DNA of 62,302 nt, filler included, from Rhabdomonas costata (GCA_019059605.1; 33 parts of 33 records of this genome joined end to end with filler, not necessarily neighbours in it), one strand, 5' to 3'; counted from the first letter of the whole stretch, positions 11,679-25,032 are shown. Program-made: numbers and translations. Notes: generated from the letters alone by a model not told the origin.

Positions 11679-12752
11679 GACTACGTCCGTGTGGTGTGCA
11701 AGACAGCCTGGACGGAGATCCCCACCCCGGGCAAGAGCACTGCCCTGCTGTACTTTGCGGGCTCCTTCTTTGTCATCAAGACCACCACCAAGGAGGAGAG
11801 CAAGTTTCTCCGAAGGGTGTGCGCCCGCGATCCTTGTTTGGCTCTCTCGCTCTCTCTCTTGCAGACCACAGGGGTATCCATGAAAAGCTTACCTGTGGGG
11901 GGTTTGCGAGCTAAAAATGGGGGAAGACGATAATCTTGACATTGCAGCATGGATGGACTTTGTTTCTGCCTCACTGCAAGTTGCCTGTTCATGTCTGTTT
12001 ATCATTGAGCAGCGTCTTTTCTTTCTTTTCTTTCTAATGGTTGCTCATCTGTCCTATCAGCGCCCTTAAGGATTCTTTGTTGTTGTTGTTGTTGTTGTTG
12101 TGGTGGTGGTGGTAGATGATCCTGAGATGTGTGTGGCGGTGCCCTTTAGTTTATGTTGGTTTGGTTTGGTTTGGTTTGGTTTGGTTTGGTTTGGTTTGGT
12201 TTGGTTTGGTTTGGTTTGGTTTGGTTTGGTTTGGTTTGGTTTGGTTTTTGTTGCCGTGTTTGCTTGCTATGTCACGGAACTGCCTTTTATACTCCTCAGA
12301 TCTTGCACTCCTATCACGGCCACTGCTCGTCCACGCCCTGCACGCTGCTTCCTCACTTCTTTGGGCATCATGCGCTGGAGTTCCGACGGGGAGGGTTTGC
12401 TGCTGCCCCCCCACCCCACCCCGCGTTGTTTTTCTCTTCTACCAGGAGGTATACAAAAAGGGTGGAGGGTGTGTGCAATCCAAAATTGTTGGTGGCGCAC
12501 GGCAGAAGGGTGGGGGAAGGGCAATATGGATGCATTCGGCTCCTTCTTTTTGTCGGGACTCACCAGATGGCGAAACTTGTTATAATGGATTCCGGCTTCC
12601 AGAGAATACAGGATGAGCGCAGTTTTCTGACATCTCTTATGTCCACTGCCAAGGAAGCTGACCAAGATCCGTTTTCTGGTGATGAACAATGTCTTCCAAA
12701 CCCACAACGAGATCCACGTGAAGTTTGACCTAAAGGGCTCCACCGTGGGACG
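11679..12752 (+). CDS. Phosphatidylinositol phosphate kinase (PIP5K family), 3 exons, partial
   Basis: Exons 11679-11816 (TPGKSTALLYF..FVIKTTTKEESKFLRR), 12300-12394 (ILHSYHGH...TLLPHFFGHH) and 12654-12752 (KIRFLVMNNVFQTHNEIHVKFDLKGSTVGR). GT-AG introns, in frame. Confidence 0.88.
12077..12112. repeat. (TTG)8(TGG)4 microsatellite, intronic
   Basis: Read directly from the sequence. Confidence 0.9.
12156..12245. repeat. (TTGGT)18 pentanucleotide microsatellite, intronic
   Basis: Read directly. It produces the spurious WFGLV and PNQTK repeats in the ORF track. Confidence 0.95.
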
Positions 12753-13249
12753 GTGTGCCATCGAGCGATGCAGCTCCCTCCACCCTCGCTCCCCCTGTGA
12801 CCTCGCCTGTTGTTGTTGTCTCTGTCCAATGCACGGGTACCGGAGCAATGGAGCTTCTTTCTTCGCGAATGCTCCGTTTGCTTCGCTATGCTCTGCTCTC
12901 TCAGTTCTGTTGCTTTCCTGAGTCGAAGTCGATCTTCAGTGCCCCTTCACATTTAAGTGAGAAGCATTGCGACGTGTAATGACAGGCTACAGCAAGTTGC
13001 ATGACAAGGTTCCATTTTCGTAAACTCACAGAAGACATCCAAGTGGGGTCTCCCGTGTGGTACCGCGATCGCGTACGAATCCGCTCGCGTTTCTTCTTCC
13101 CATTTTTGCTGCAGCGCTGCTAGTGAGATGGCACGGCGCAGCCCCCAACNNNNNNNNNNNNNNNNNNNNNNNNNNNNNNNNNNNNNNNNNNNNTTAATTA
13201 ATTAANNNNNNNNNNNNNNNNNNNNNNNNNNNNNNNNNNNNNNNNNNNN

Positions 13250-15041
13250 GGTTTTGGGGTTTCGGAGCGAGCCTTGCGGCAAGCCAACGACAGCTATCGC
13301 GAAGTCAGGGCGACGGTGAGTGTGGATGTCACCTTCACCAATACCCTTCCAACTCTCAGCGGCGAGATCAACGCGACGCTTCTGGAGGACTCTCGTGGGG
13401 TGAACATCTCGATCAACGCCAGCGATCCTGATGGGGTGTTTGTGTGTCTGCGCTCAGCGTATTGAAAGATCGAAGTCCTTGGCGTTTTATTGAGTTTCCA
13501 GCATTCCCCGCTTTCAGAACCAATATCGAGGTTTTGTTCCGAAAGCTGAGAAAAGGGAAGATGAGGATATGAGTTCCTGCTCCGGTTGACAGAACTCAGA
13601 GTTTTTCCTCCTTCTGACGGAATTCGTGTGGGCCTTTGCGTTCAAAGAGAAGATCCCGGCATTAAGATTCAGGAGTGAAGCAACCCACCTAATGCTTCCG
13701 AAATGCGGTCGCCCTGTGTGCAGGCTTGGTTTACCGCGTGGACATTACTCCTGGTCCCTGGATCACCCAAAACCCTGTTTGACCATTCATGTGAGCCACC
13801 CCGTTTTAACCTGTGAGCCTCAGACCCTACTACCCCTACTCCGCCTTCCCTGCAGGACATTGCCACCGTTGTTGTGACAAGTCTTCCCTCGAAGGGCACG
13901 CTCTACCACAGAGGTCGTGCCTTGGCGTGGCTCTCTCCAGCCACAAATACCACCGCGCTGTACGCCTCCGCCGTGCTGGAGTTCAGCAGCGAGTACCCCA
14001 GCGAGCCCGCCACAGGGATCCTAGGGCCGCAGGAGGTGTTCACGTATGGGGACGATCCCCGGGCCTGGAGCACGTGGGCGAACAACTTCACATGCTTGGA
14101 CTCTCAGTTCTGTTACACGGAATTCATCACGGTCAAATTCGATTACAAGCTGTACCCCACGACGATGGCATTGGCCGAGGTTTGCGAGTGCCCAGTGGAA
14201 ATTGGAAAGTACCTTTCTTCGCCACTCGTGTTCTGGATTCGGGCAGTCGGTTTTGAACCAATCCGGGCGAAGTCTTGCATGATTGACCAGCTCTTTGTGA
14301 TCGAAACGAAAAGCGCCGAAGCGTGAAAATTAAAGAAATGAAAATGAGCGAAAAGCCCGCTCGCCAGCTTGAAAATGTCTGAGTGGACCTCAAAATATCA
14401 GCAGAAGATTTCAAATTTCCTTCAATTTTTGGAAAAGAAACGTGAAGAACAAACGCGAACCTTCGAACATTGCGAAATATACCATTCCCAACCTTTGGCG
14501 GCCTTCTCCCATAAATGGTCAACTGAGGTATACTATCCTTTATTTTCTCTGATCAGCCAGGCTTTGCCCTGTTCAGCAAATGACCTCCAGGTCTGAGTTG
14601 CGCGGTTAGCTGCACCAGATTCTGATATCAAATATGATGTGTCGCGCTGCAGCGAACTTATTCACTTTCGCTCCAGATTGCTGGACCTCGCTCACTTGTG
14701 CGTGTGCGCACTCCTAACCCCTATGCCTCGGGGCAGTGGCTCACACTTTGGATGGGCGCGACGCTTCCGGTTGACCCCAATGCCCCCCTCGTCCGCTCCA
14801 TTCCCATCTGCGCCACTCCCTTCCCCGTGGACACCCTGCGCCTGGAGTTCGACTGCAGCCAGTCGAAGACGTTCTTTGAGGTGGACATGGTGCAGCTGGT
14901 AGGCACGTACGATGCGCCGAGCTCGCAAGTGGGGCCTCCCCATGAGCTGTTCTACAAGCCCTACCCCCTGCACGATGGGCAGGACAGCTTCAGCTTCACC
15001 CTCTCGGACTGCCCGAACCAATTCTTGCAGATCACCACCAC
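13250..15041 (+). CDS. Extracellular protein: cadherin-like/Big_9-type Ig repeat containing a pappalysin/FBXL4-N-terminal-like beta-sandwich (3 exons, partial)
   Basis: Exons <13250-13435 (NTLP..LLEDS..NISINASDPDG), 13856-14179 (VTSLPSKGTLY...YASAVLEFSSEY..ATGILGPQEVFTYGDDPRAW...YTEFITVKF) and 14677->15041 (WLTLWMG...IPICATPFPVDTLRLEFD..FFEVDMVQLVG...FYKP..DGQDSFSFTLSDC). Confidence 0.6.
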
Positions 15042-16742
15042 NNNNNNNNNNNNNNNNNNNNNNNNNNNNNNNNNNNNNNNNNNNNTTAATTAATTAANNN
15101 NNNNNNNNNNNNNNNNNNNNNNNNNNNNNNNNNNNNNNNNNGTGGGGGGTGGCATTCAGAGCAAATTCCCAATACCCTTTGAACCATACAACGTATGCCC
15201 AAGTCATACGCGCCCTGTGGGTTTGTTCCAGCAAGGTTCGTTCCAGCAACAGAACCAATTCGTTTTTGGATGTTCAGCCCTTGTGTCTTTGTGTTTTGCT
15301 TGCCTAATTCAGGAGGTCGCTGGGGTGGCGGTGGCAGTGCGGATTGAGGGGGGAGGTCGTTAGCCGCCATGCCCAAGCTCGCACGCAGGGAAGGAGGTAT
15401 TTGGAATGACATCGAAAGAAAAGGCAACGGTAGAGAGAGAGGAGAATTCAACCGAAGGAGCAGAGGGGCAGGGACAACAAGGCGATGAGCACAATCCCAT
15501 CCCATCCCAACCCGCACAGAGCCCGAAAAGCAAGGTGAGCAACACAAAGCATACAGAAGGATTGGAAGGTGGCACAGTAAGCAATAAGCGAATGTCATTG
15601 GCAAAACAAAGGTCGCCAAGGACTGTTCCGACACTGTTCCGACACACAAAAAAACAAGCGAGGGAATGCAAAAACCAACTCCCTTTTCTGGAGAGAAAGG
15701 CATTGCCCGTTCCCCCCAACCTTCCGGCAGCGGTCGCGTGATCACAATCCTCTCCGCACCCCAGTCAGAAAACTTTGCAGGGGAGAAACGGAAAAGCAAG
15801 CCAGAGAAAACGCCCAGTGGCAGGCCATGTGAGTCATTCGGATGAAAAACCAGTACGACGCAACTGCAGAAGAAGGCAGTAAGTGAGGGGTATGTGTGTT
15901 TGTGCCAAGGCAGGGCTGTTTCTACCCTGTCCTGTGCAATCTCAGCATGCGCATTCGCAAGAGGGACCCTAAACATACACCCAATCTTGCTTTTCTTCAC
16001 CCGTGAACCTGGCAATCGGTGTGGGTTTGTGTGCGAAGAGGGGGGGGATAGGATACTACAAAACAGCGTTGCTCCAAATCACAAGAGCTCCCTTCCAACG
16101 GCACAGAGAGAGAGTGAGAGAAAAGGAAGATGCCACCTCGACTCCACCGCACGCTTCAGCGAATAACATTACGCTGCGCGCCCGACAGATCAGCCATAAT
16201 ATCAACCTCAGCCACCCCTTCCTCCACCGCGGCCAGCTGGTACGAGGGCGCTGCGAAAGTGCAACACCGTGCACAGCATGCATGCCAGAACTGGGGGAGG
16301 AAGTCATCAAACCCAAAAATAAGACGTTCAGAGTCGACAGAAAGAGTAGCGAGCGTTGCATAAGTATCGTAACGTAAATCGAAAACATAGGTCCGGCCCA
16401 AACGAAGGCGAAAATGTCCTGTCCGGATAAGGCGTTCCCAGGTTTAATTTGAAACTGGCAATATACCAAAGTTTGAGAGATTTGGGACCAACCGTACCCT
16501 AAGGGATAGTGAAGTCAAGGCTGAACCAACCTCGCACACAAACAAAAACCAGGTGCAGGAAGCCGCGGCTTTTCTTTTTCCTGTAATTTCAACAAAGACA
16601 ACTCAGAGTTTGCTCGGGTATGTGCGACGTGTATTGACTTCGGCAACCGTGCTCCAGCCCCCTGCTCTCCTACCGACTACAAACCGGGAGGAGGAAAGCA
16701 TGTACGCAGTGATAGCTTTGAAAGGGCATGATGTGAATGTAA

Positions 16743-16925
16743 TTTCTACCGCACTAGGAAACAACGACAACAAGGACGCATTTCACTGCATCGCAAATCC
16801 AAAGAGAGAGCAGAGGGTGGAAGAAGTCAAGGACCGCGGCCACCGGGGATGGGGTGGACTTGGCCGGAGGATGGTGCTGCAGTGAAATGCGTCCTTGTTG
16901 TCGTTGTTTCCTAGTGCGGTAGAAA
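16743..16925. repeat. 48-bp perfect inverted repeat at contig end (probable fold-back artefact)
   Basis: 16743-16790 is the reverse complement of 16878-16925. Confidence 0.9.
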
Positions 16926-17262
16926 CTACACCCNNNNNNNNNNNNNNNNNNNNNNNNNNNNNNNNNNNNNNNNNNNNTTAATTAATTAANNNNNNNNNNN
17001 NNNNNNNNNNNNNNNNNNNNNNNNNNNNNNNNNGGTTGGGTGGCGATGCATGGGTCCCCTGGGATTGCAATAGAAGCTTTTGCAGAGAAGCTTTTGCAGG
17101 GACTTAGGTGGCGATGCACCGTTCCCCGGATCCCAATAGAAGGGGGTTAGGTAGCGATACATGGCCCATAAAATGCACTTATGCCGTCGCCATTCGTTCC
17201 GCATTAGAAATTCCAGCTCCCCCACACACACCGCTGCCTCCCTCACGGGTACAAGCACATAC

Positions 17263-17569
17263 GTAAGGATGAGGTCCCACTTTCCCCAGAAGTCCGTGGG
17301 CTGCAGCCACACTTGCCGGATCAGCGGAGCGACCTGCTCCACAGATTGGCTGGTCAGCATCGCAGCCAGCACATCCATTGTAACCTTCGCCTCCGCCTTG
17401 ATCTGTGAAAGCACCAATGACAATCCGCGTCGAGGCTCACAAAGCACAGACCGGTTGTGTGGGAGACCACTGTCCCGAAGTCGGGACCTCACTCGATCCT
17501 TTTGAGGTACAAATCGCTTCGAGAAGTCTTCTTTGGAGTAAGCAAGTAAGCGCTGGTCCATTTCTCTAC

Positions 17570-17615
<46 letters not shown>

Positions 17616-18809
17616 ACAGCCCAGTGTGTCCATGGTCCGGCACATAGCACCAGGCAAAGCTGCAAAAAGAGGGAGAGTGTGTGGGAATGGAATACTAGGC
17701 GGATGCGAGGGGGAAAATGGAGTGCGGGTGTGGGTGTGTCTGTGTGAAAGGGATGGATGTCGTGAGCGCAAAGCAGAACCTGACAAGGAAGGAAAAGGAA
17801 TGTCAACGGTACACCAATTCAGGAACAATTCTGATGGAGGACAGTTCCCCCCCTCTGTTTACGAAGGCGGCACCTCTGCGCAACCCCTAACGCCCTGGTC
17901 CCGAGCATGCAGTTGACCTCTGCCAGGCTACAGGCGCACCACCGGAAGAGGTAGTTCAGGCCGTGGGTGGGATCCAACAGAACCGCAGGGTAGCGACTGT
18001 GGTAGGTTTTCAGCACACTAGGGTGAGGGTTGCTCCCTGGGCAGGACACAAAAGCGCGAAAAAAAAAAGCCACAGCAGGGCTATCTGCCATGTCGTCTTT
18101 TACTTCAAACACACACATTTTATCTCCATTCCCTTGACAAGAAGAAAAAGACGACTAGGGCCGGAACCAGAGCTTACCGATGAATGGCTGAAATGCCCCG
18201 TTCTCCCCAAATACCGTTGCGTCCAGGAAAGCCCAGAGGCTGGGCGAGGAAGTCATGGCCGTGCAGAAACGCCAGCGTCTCTCGGAAGACCTGCAGTGGG
18301 GGGGGGGGACAGAGAAAGACCCGAGATACATAAAGCGAGAAACAGATTTCCAAGGATAGCAGCATTGCAGGATACGCCATTGTCCTGAGCTGCGAAGGGT
18401 GCTAATCAGAAGGAAAGAGGAGAGTCTCACATTACGTAATGGGGGCGAAAGTAGGGGCAGATGCGTCGGGAGGAGGCGGGTGGTGTTCAAAAGAAGAAGA
18501 TCCAGGGTTGATGAATGCCGCCCAACTAATCACCAATTTGCATGCACAGCACCGCATCAAAAATCAAGAAAGAAACGTTCGGAGATGGGGGGTTGTTCCC
18601 GCGAACATCCAATTTCTCATCGTAAAAAAGAGCGGGCAAAAAGGCACTCTTGCGGAACGAAAACAAGAAAAATGAGGAAGATGCACCTGAACTGGACCCA
18701 TCAATTCGTTCAGAACACCTGTCCGCACCAGGTAGGCCACCAACACGGTGACGAGAAAGCTGTTCAGGGATCCAATTTGCTGAGCAAAGCCTCGCTGCTG
18801 CACCCAAAG
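17263..18809 (-). CDS. NOL6: Nucleolar protein 6 / Utp22 (Nrap), 4 exons, partial
   Basis: Exons 18809-18687 (LWVQQRGF..LNSFLVTVLVAYLV..LMGPVQ), 18290-18178 (VFRETLAFLHGHDFLAQPL), 18017-17918 (YHSRYPAVLLDPTHGLN) and 17402-17263 (IKAEAKVTMDVL...KWDLIL). They join in frame and follow Nrap motif order. Confidence 0.8.
17571..17615. repeat. (CAA)15 microsatellite in NOL6 intron
   Basis: Read directly. It is the source of the poly-L/C/T runs in the ORF track. Confidence 0.95.
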
Positions 18810-19039
18810 CTGCACAAAAAGCCATCTACGNNNNNNNNNNNNNNNNNNNNNNNNNNNNNNNNNNNNNNNNNNNNTTAATTAATTAANNNNNNNNNNNNNN
18901 NNNNNNNNNNNNNNNNNNNNNNNNNNNNNNGGGTGTTGGTAGATCACGTAGGTGAGAGAGCGAGAGCATATATCAGGAGAGAGAAAAGTGGGACAAAGGA
19001 GGCCGAAGCGGAGAGAAAGAGAGGCGAAGAAATCAACAC

Positions 19040-20492
19040 CCATCGAGGGGGTTCGAGGATGGGGTTGCGGGTCTTGAAGTACATTGGCACCCGCACCACA
19101 TGCAGCAGCCGAAGAAGGGCCAGCACAGAGAACGCCGTTGCACCGGTGTGCAGGCTGAGTGTGGAGGCCACCGAGGCGTGCTGCGCGGCCAGAGCAAAAA
19201 GATCCCAGGGAATCGTCACGAAGAGGTCGAACCTGTCGGGGGACCGGACCACCCAAGCCGACCACACCACCTTCCTCCTGGTAAAACTCTCAGACAATTG
19301 CTTTCCGTTTGTAAGGTGTTGCCTGCAATTGCTTATGAGCAGCGAGCCCATCAACCGAACTGACACATGCACCCATCCACCCATCTCCAAAACAGAAGTG
19401 AAGCAAAGCACTTGACGAGAAAAACAAACAAGCTTCGGATGCATTCTCAAAGGAGTGTCAGGGAGGGGGGGGGGCTTGGTTCTTGCTTATGATCCACAAA
19501 CGTTCCCCCTGCTCATTCTGGACAACCCGGAAAGCTACACCTGACAAACTACAGCAACTGAGCAGTCACCCACGAGGCGCAGCAGCCCTCCCCTCTTCCC
19601 ACGTGCAGAGGCATACACACCAGAACCACCCGTGGAGGTATTTCCGGCGGGAGAGCTTCACGCTGTCCAGGATCTCAAAGCTGTTGCGGTGCACCGCGGT
19701 GTTCAGGTTGAGCATCAGCTCTGTGGCCAAGAGCAGCGTGCTGGGCAGCAGGATCAGCCACACCACGGCCATGTACCCCCCAGAGTCCTGCAAACGCACG
19801 CCCCTCCCTCTAATAACTGGTAGCCAGACAATTGGTTGTAGATGAGACGATGGGACTGGGAACGGCAGGCACGGGTATGCGCACCGAAATCTCATCCAGC
19901 CCTGCGATATCATATGTGTGCAGCCATTTCACAGCAAAAACAGCTCTTTGCCATCTAAAACCATTCCTCTGGAGGGAGGGAGGCTAGCACCTCCCGCCTT
20001 GCTGCATCCTCTGCCAAAATTATATGAGCATATTCACACTCTCCTCATCCGATGCAATTAAGGGTGTCGACGATAGGCAGGTGGTGGCAGTGGGGAACAG
20101 CTGACACGCGGGTGGGTACGGGTGGGTCACGCAGACTATGTTGCAAAGGAGGTTCTGCCTTCCGCCCCCAGTGGGTCCGGTCTAACCGCTTCAGATGGCG
20201 CGCGCACACACGCCCATCCACACCAACCTGGGTGTAAAGGGTAAACACTGGAACCCATGCAGGCACCGAAATCGAATCCGTTCTCACAGTCTACCACACC
20301 GGTCTCCAAACTCCCCCTCCCCACCCAAAAAAAAACGCGCACAGCTCTCGCTTTTTCTCTCTCTGTCCGCACCGGAATGGGCTGCACCCAGCATCCCGTG
20401 ATCGCCAGGAACTCTAGCAGGGCCAACACAGACAGCACGGAGTGCAGCGCACCCCTCCAGGGGCTGTCCGCGTACAGCACCTGGTTCTGCGC
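19040..20492 (-). CDS. CNBD-family (KAT/EAG/HCN-like) cation channel, S1-S4 region, partial
   Basis: Exons about 20492-20388, 19787-19621 (LLATELMLNLNTAV..EILDS..RRKYLHGWFW) and 19232-19040 (FDLFVTIPWD...LALLRLLHVVRVPMYF). They match the LNF.T / YL..WF..DL...IP motifs of this family. Confidence 0.75.
20198..20297. repeat. Copy 2 of the short dispersed repeat family (intronic)
   Basis: Exact 16-mer GCAGGCACCGAAATCG shared with 32930-32945, and exact 14-mer shared with 7139-7152. Confidence 0.7.
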
Positions 20493-23400
20493 CTACCGTG
20501 GTCCATAACAATAAAGAGAGGAGGGATTCAACTTTGCCTCCTTTCGTCGGGAAAGGCTAAAAGAAGCATATGATGTGAAGCTTATTGCTATTTTCTTTCG
20601 GAGACGTGCGGTAGAAGTAGAGACTGCAGATACCGACACGCCACCGATATGAACCGTGTGGGCAGATCACACCATCACCATCACAAAGATGTTCATTGTC
20701 CAATGGTCCACGAAACACACAANNNNNNNNNNNNNNNNNNNNNNNNNNNNNNNNNNNNNNNNNNNNTTAATTAATTAANNNNNNNNNNNNNNNNNNNNNN
20801 NNNNNNNNNNNNNNNNNNNNNNGGGGTGTTGGAAAAACAGCAAGGAAAGGATGTGCAGGGGGAAAATGGGAGTTTTGGGGAGGGAAACTTTCGCGGCTCT
20901 TGGCCGAAAACAACAAAACCGAGAAAGAGATGCACAAAGCGGGATAAAGTTGAGGTGAGTGGAACTATCCCTGAGACACATGAGGTGGGTTGGAAACCCC
21001 CAACAGCAGTAACCTCGAGAATCAAGCCGAAAAATACGTTTGGATAATGTATGGATATACGTAACTTCCCCCTTCATCGGTGCCGCTGTGCGGCTGAGTC
21101 CATCCTTTCCGCCTCGCCCTATTACTCCCTTCTTTTCCGTCCCTTACCTTTCTGCTTTGCATCTTCTCCACCTGTTCTCCCCTGAGGAGATCCGTGACTT
21201 TTCTGAACTTAAAATAAACATATTGGTGCACAGCAATGATACTATAATATGGAAAACAAGAGCAGAGACTTCCTCACTGTACACCGTAAAGAATCCGTGC
21301 GTCCGTCCAACAGTCCCACTTGAAAACTTATGCAAAGAATACTATAAAATAAGGTGCTCGGCGTCAGATCCACATCAGGGTGGATCGCAATTTCAGCTTC
21401 TTGGGACTGGTGAGCATTACTAACTTGCAGGAACTATAACCTCAACGTTAACCCTGCACGGGAATCAAATATTCTATTGTTGGAATGGATTTTATCTCTA
21501 GCTTTGTCCCCCCCCCCCCTACCGAAAAAACAACAACTTCTGTTTCGAGTAAAAACATATTTACGATTTTTATAGGCAGGCGTCGCCCGAACTCTTCCCA
21601 GGCAATCCTTTGCGGGGAAGGTGGGGAAAGGGAAAGGGAAAAGACTTTGTTGCGGTGGTTGCGACAAGAGACCCCACTCCTCTATTCACAAGCGAGCAAT
21701 GTGAACTTCTTAGAAGCGATCGCTGGACAACATGGGAGTCTAACAGAAGATGACGCCGGGTGTTAGAGGGCGCGCAGGAGTCAGGGTATCCTCCGACAAA
21801 AGAGGTGCCCAGAGAACTGTGCATAGTGCCCTCTATTTTTCTATCTCCCGGCGCTTTCCTCATGTGGTTTGCCGAATTGCCGTTGCACTGTGCTGACTCA
21901 TGCTGCCGCAGTTGGACACTTTGACCACAGGGCTCCACGGTCCGAGATCCCGCTTCGGGCATCAGTGCAGTATTTCATCCTGGTTGTCGACCTGCGTTTG
22001 TGTATCTGTGTGTTAGGGTCCATTCAAGATCAGCAGGTTCGCTTCTGGTGATCAATACAAAAATCTGGCATCTCTGAAATCCCATATCTCTCTAAAAAGG
22101 GAAATGAGAGCTCCACGCTCACTGGCGTTCGTTCACGGAATCAGCGCAAAAACAGACGACAACACGACAACAAAAACTGCACAGCAACAACACAAGGCAC
22201 AACGCATCATAGCACAGCACAAGCGCAAGGCCAAAGAGAAGGAAGCAAAGAGAAGAGGGAAAGCCGCGTCGAAGACCTTCCTCGCCGCACGCACATGCTG
22301 ACACGGTCGATTTTGGGAGAAATTCCAATCCCACAGAGAGATGTCCAACTGAATCAGGAAACCGGGAAGACAGTAGCCCACACAGGCGAAGGGACGTGAT
22401 TCAAAAGGGAAAGGCAACGTCACCGCACGCGGGAGTATTTGAGGAAGATGATGGCGTGTTTGTATGTGTGCATGCTGATGCGAAGCTGTCGGCTGGAAGC
22501 TGTGTAAGTTCCATATGTGTATGTGTGGTGTGAGTCTCACCATTCTCATTCATGAGGGGAACGAAACGTGAAACACAGTGATGCGCTCCACAATTCCGCT
22601 CACCCACAACCNNNNNNNNNNNNNNNNNNNNNNNNNNNNNNNNNNNNNNNNNNNNTTAATTAATTAANNNNNNNNNNNNNNNNNNNNNNNNNNNNNNNNN
22701 NNNNNNNNNNNTACCATTAATATTTCGTAAATAATTTTCTGTATGCTAATGATACTATTGGACAATAGAATTCCTCATTCTCCAAAATCTTAACTACACT
22801 AAATACACTTTTGTTACTCTTATGTTTAAAAACATTCTCCGCAAATAATTAAATCAACTAAGTTTGAATTTTTAGATATGGTGCAATTTATCATCTTGCA
22901 AAAGCTCACCCAATAGAAAGTTGATCTAGAATTCTACTAAAGGATTTAAACTCCCCCATATCAACAATTAAGTAAATAAAACAGCATTACTAAAGCTGAT
23001 GCACTTTCATGAAATTTACAAAGGACTCAAACAGTCGAATTTTGAGCAACTGTTACGGGCGCTGCTGAACGTTTGGCTAATTGGCCATTTTATGCATTTG
23101 AAATTCAACAAATAACTCTTGATCAGTGAAGCCGAATGTGCGTAACATGCTGTAATCTGCAAGTACGTAAATGCGCTTTTGCTAAAAGCTGAAGGTATGA
23201 CACGACGGCGTGTAGGCATGTGACTTCGGAACAGAAGGCAGTGTAACAGGCGTGTGTGGAAGCTCCATCTCACATAATACTCTGCTACCGCCTTACCAGA
23301 AGCATTACGTGTTTTCACCATTTAACTGATGACTATTTGTTTTAATTGAGTTAAACTGCCTAGGTGTATCCAAGACAATCTTGACCATTCCATGGACAAC

Positions 23401-25032
23401 AATGCTATCATGCGCATATCATCCCAGGCCGGGAAAAAAGCTCTGGAAGCTCTCCAATAACTGCCAAACCTCCATTACCTGAGGACTCCCCACTACGTAC
23501 TTCTTGTAGCCCTACGTCGCGGCGGCGCAGCTACCTTGCACGTCATCTGTCCGCTGCCAGTTGGGGCGTTCCACCCGCACTTCAAATCCCACCGTTATGT
23601 CACCCAAACAATCAATCAGCGCCCATCACGTGATCCCCACACCTGCCGACATTTCAATAGGGCGGAACCTGTGGGCCCACTGATGTTACGGACCCCGCTC
23701 AGCACGTGAATCCGCTGTGACTGCTCCGCACTGCCTCTTGACTACCCCGCATGGTCTCCACACCGGCGAGACAGGCTACTTGTCTTGGCGTGGCCGCCCC
23801 GTCCGGGCCTTGGAATTGAACCCGCGACCTTGCGGCCACGAGCCCGCCACAGACCGGACATTTCTGATTCCTGGTTGTTTGTGTCAGCCACGCTCTCAAC
23901 CCCCTCCCACAGCTGCGGTCCGGTCATCCCATTCTAAAACGGGCACCGTTCAGGAGGCTGCCCAATTCTTTTGGAACACCACAGCTGTGTAAAATGACTT
24001 GAGCGGCACGCAATCACCTTCAACGCCCTTAGGGTTCCCGACGGCTCCCTTTTAGAATGTCCTGGATCGCATCATTGGTTCTCTTCTTCCCATGTTTCCT
24101 GGGGGGGACGAGCAGTTCATGGATGAAAGGCCGCTCATCGCTCAAAAACCGCGTGCTGGTTCGCATTCTGGTCCTTTCGATAGCTCGTTAGGCCAAAATC
24201 CGTGGTCATCCCCCCGCGGGGCAAGCCGCACAACGATCCCCAACGCACCGTATGTTTCAGTTGTACCGTTTCCGTTGTTGTCAATGCAAAGTTCGTTTTT
24301 TTGCGCACGCTTTCTGACTTGCACATCCTCATTTTCATTCCGCGAATGTTCGGCGCTTTCGGCGGACAAGCGAAACCCGCGCCACTTCCAGCGCGGAAAC
24401 CAATAACACACAAACATATGTCACATGCTCATCGCACACAAATTCCAGTCTTATTTTAATCATTTATATTTTGTGGCAGCCCCCCTTTCTTCCCCACAAA
24501 CCNNNNNNNNNNNNNNNNNNNNNNNNNNNNNNNNNNNNNNNNNNNNTTAATTAATTAANNNNNNNNNNNNNNNNNNNNNNNNNNNNNNNNNNNNNNNNNN
24601 NNGTGTTGGGTGTGGGTGGTTGTTTGGGGCACTGCAGCGCACTTTGTGCACTTCGTGAAGGCAAATTCTGAGGAAGACTCGACATTTGTCTTCCACCTTG
24701 GGCTCCACGCTGTATAGGCCCCATGGCCGACATTCAGGTCCACCATCCGGCCTTAGCTGGGTTCTGGGTTTGTGTGTACTCCCCAGCACTCCTTCCTGTC
24801 CACTTAGCTTCGTCATCGTCACATAGTTGTGCCTATCACTTTCTCACCTGCTCAATTTCACAGCTGCCTGACGTCTGCGACTAGGTTTCCAACCTCCAAC
24901 GGGCTCCGTCCCTTCTCGTGCCCCCACTCTACTTTGCTGCTCACCATTGCTGCTGCATCGTTTCGCCGACCGCCGTCACTGTTCGCCTGACCGGAAAATC
25001 ACCCAAGACTCCTCTGCCGCCCCACCACGTTA

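Noticed and set aside
12156-12245. (TTGGT)n as a telomere or a WFGLV repeat protein
   Set aside because: It is internal to an intron between two in-frame PIP kinase exons and is not TTAGGG.
9459-13149. Two adjacent PIP kinases as a gene cluster
   Set aside because: They are on separate contigs joined by a linker, so the adjacency comes from length sorting.
17034-17262. Cullin-like segment (NEWRRHK..WAMYRYL) in the 280-aa ORF
   Set aside because: It follows a good GTATGT donor ending a NOL6 exon and is best explained as intron read-through.
18178-18290. F-box-like RRWR...PSLWAFLD reading
   Set aside because: The alternative frame (VFRETLAFL) splices in phase with neighbouring exons and matches NOL6.
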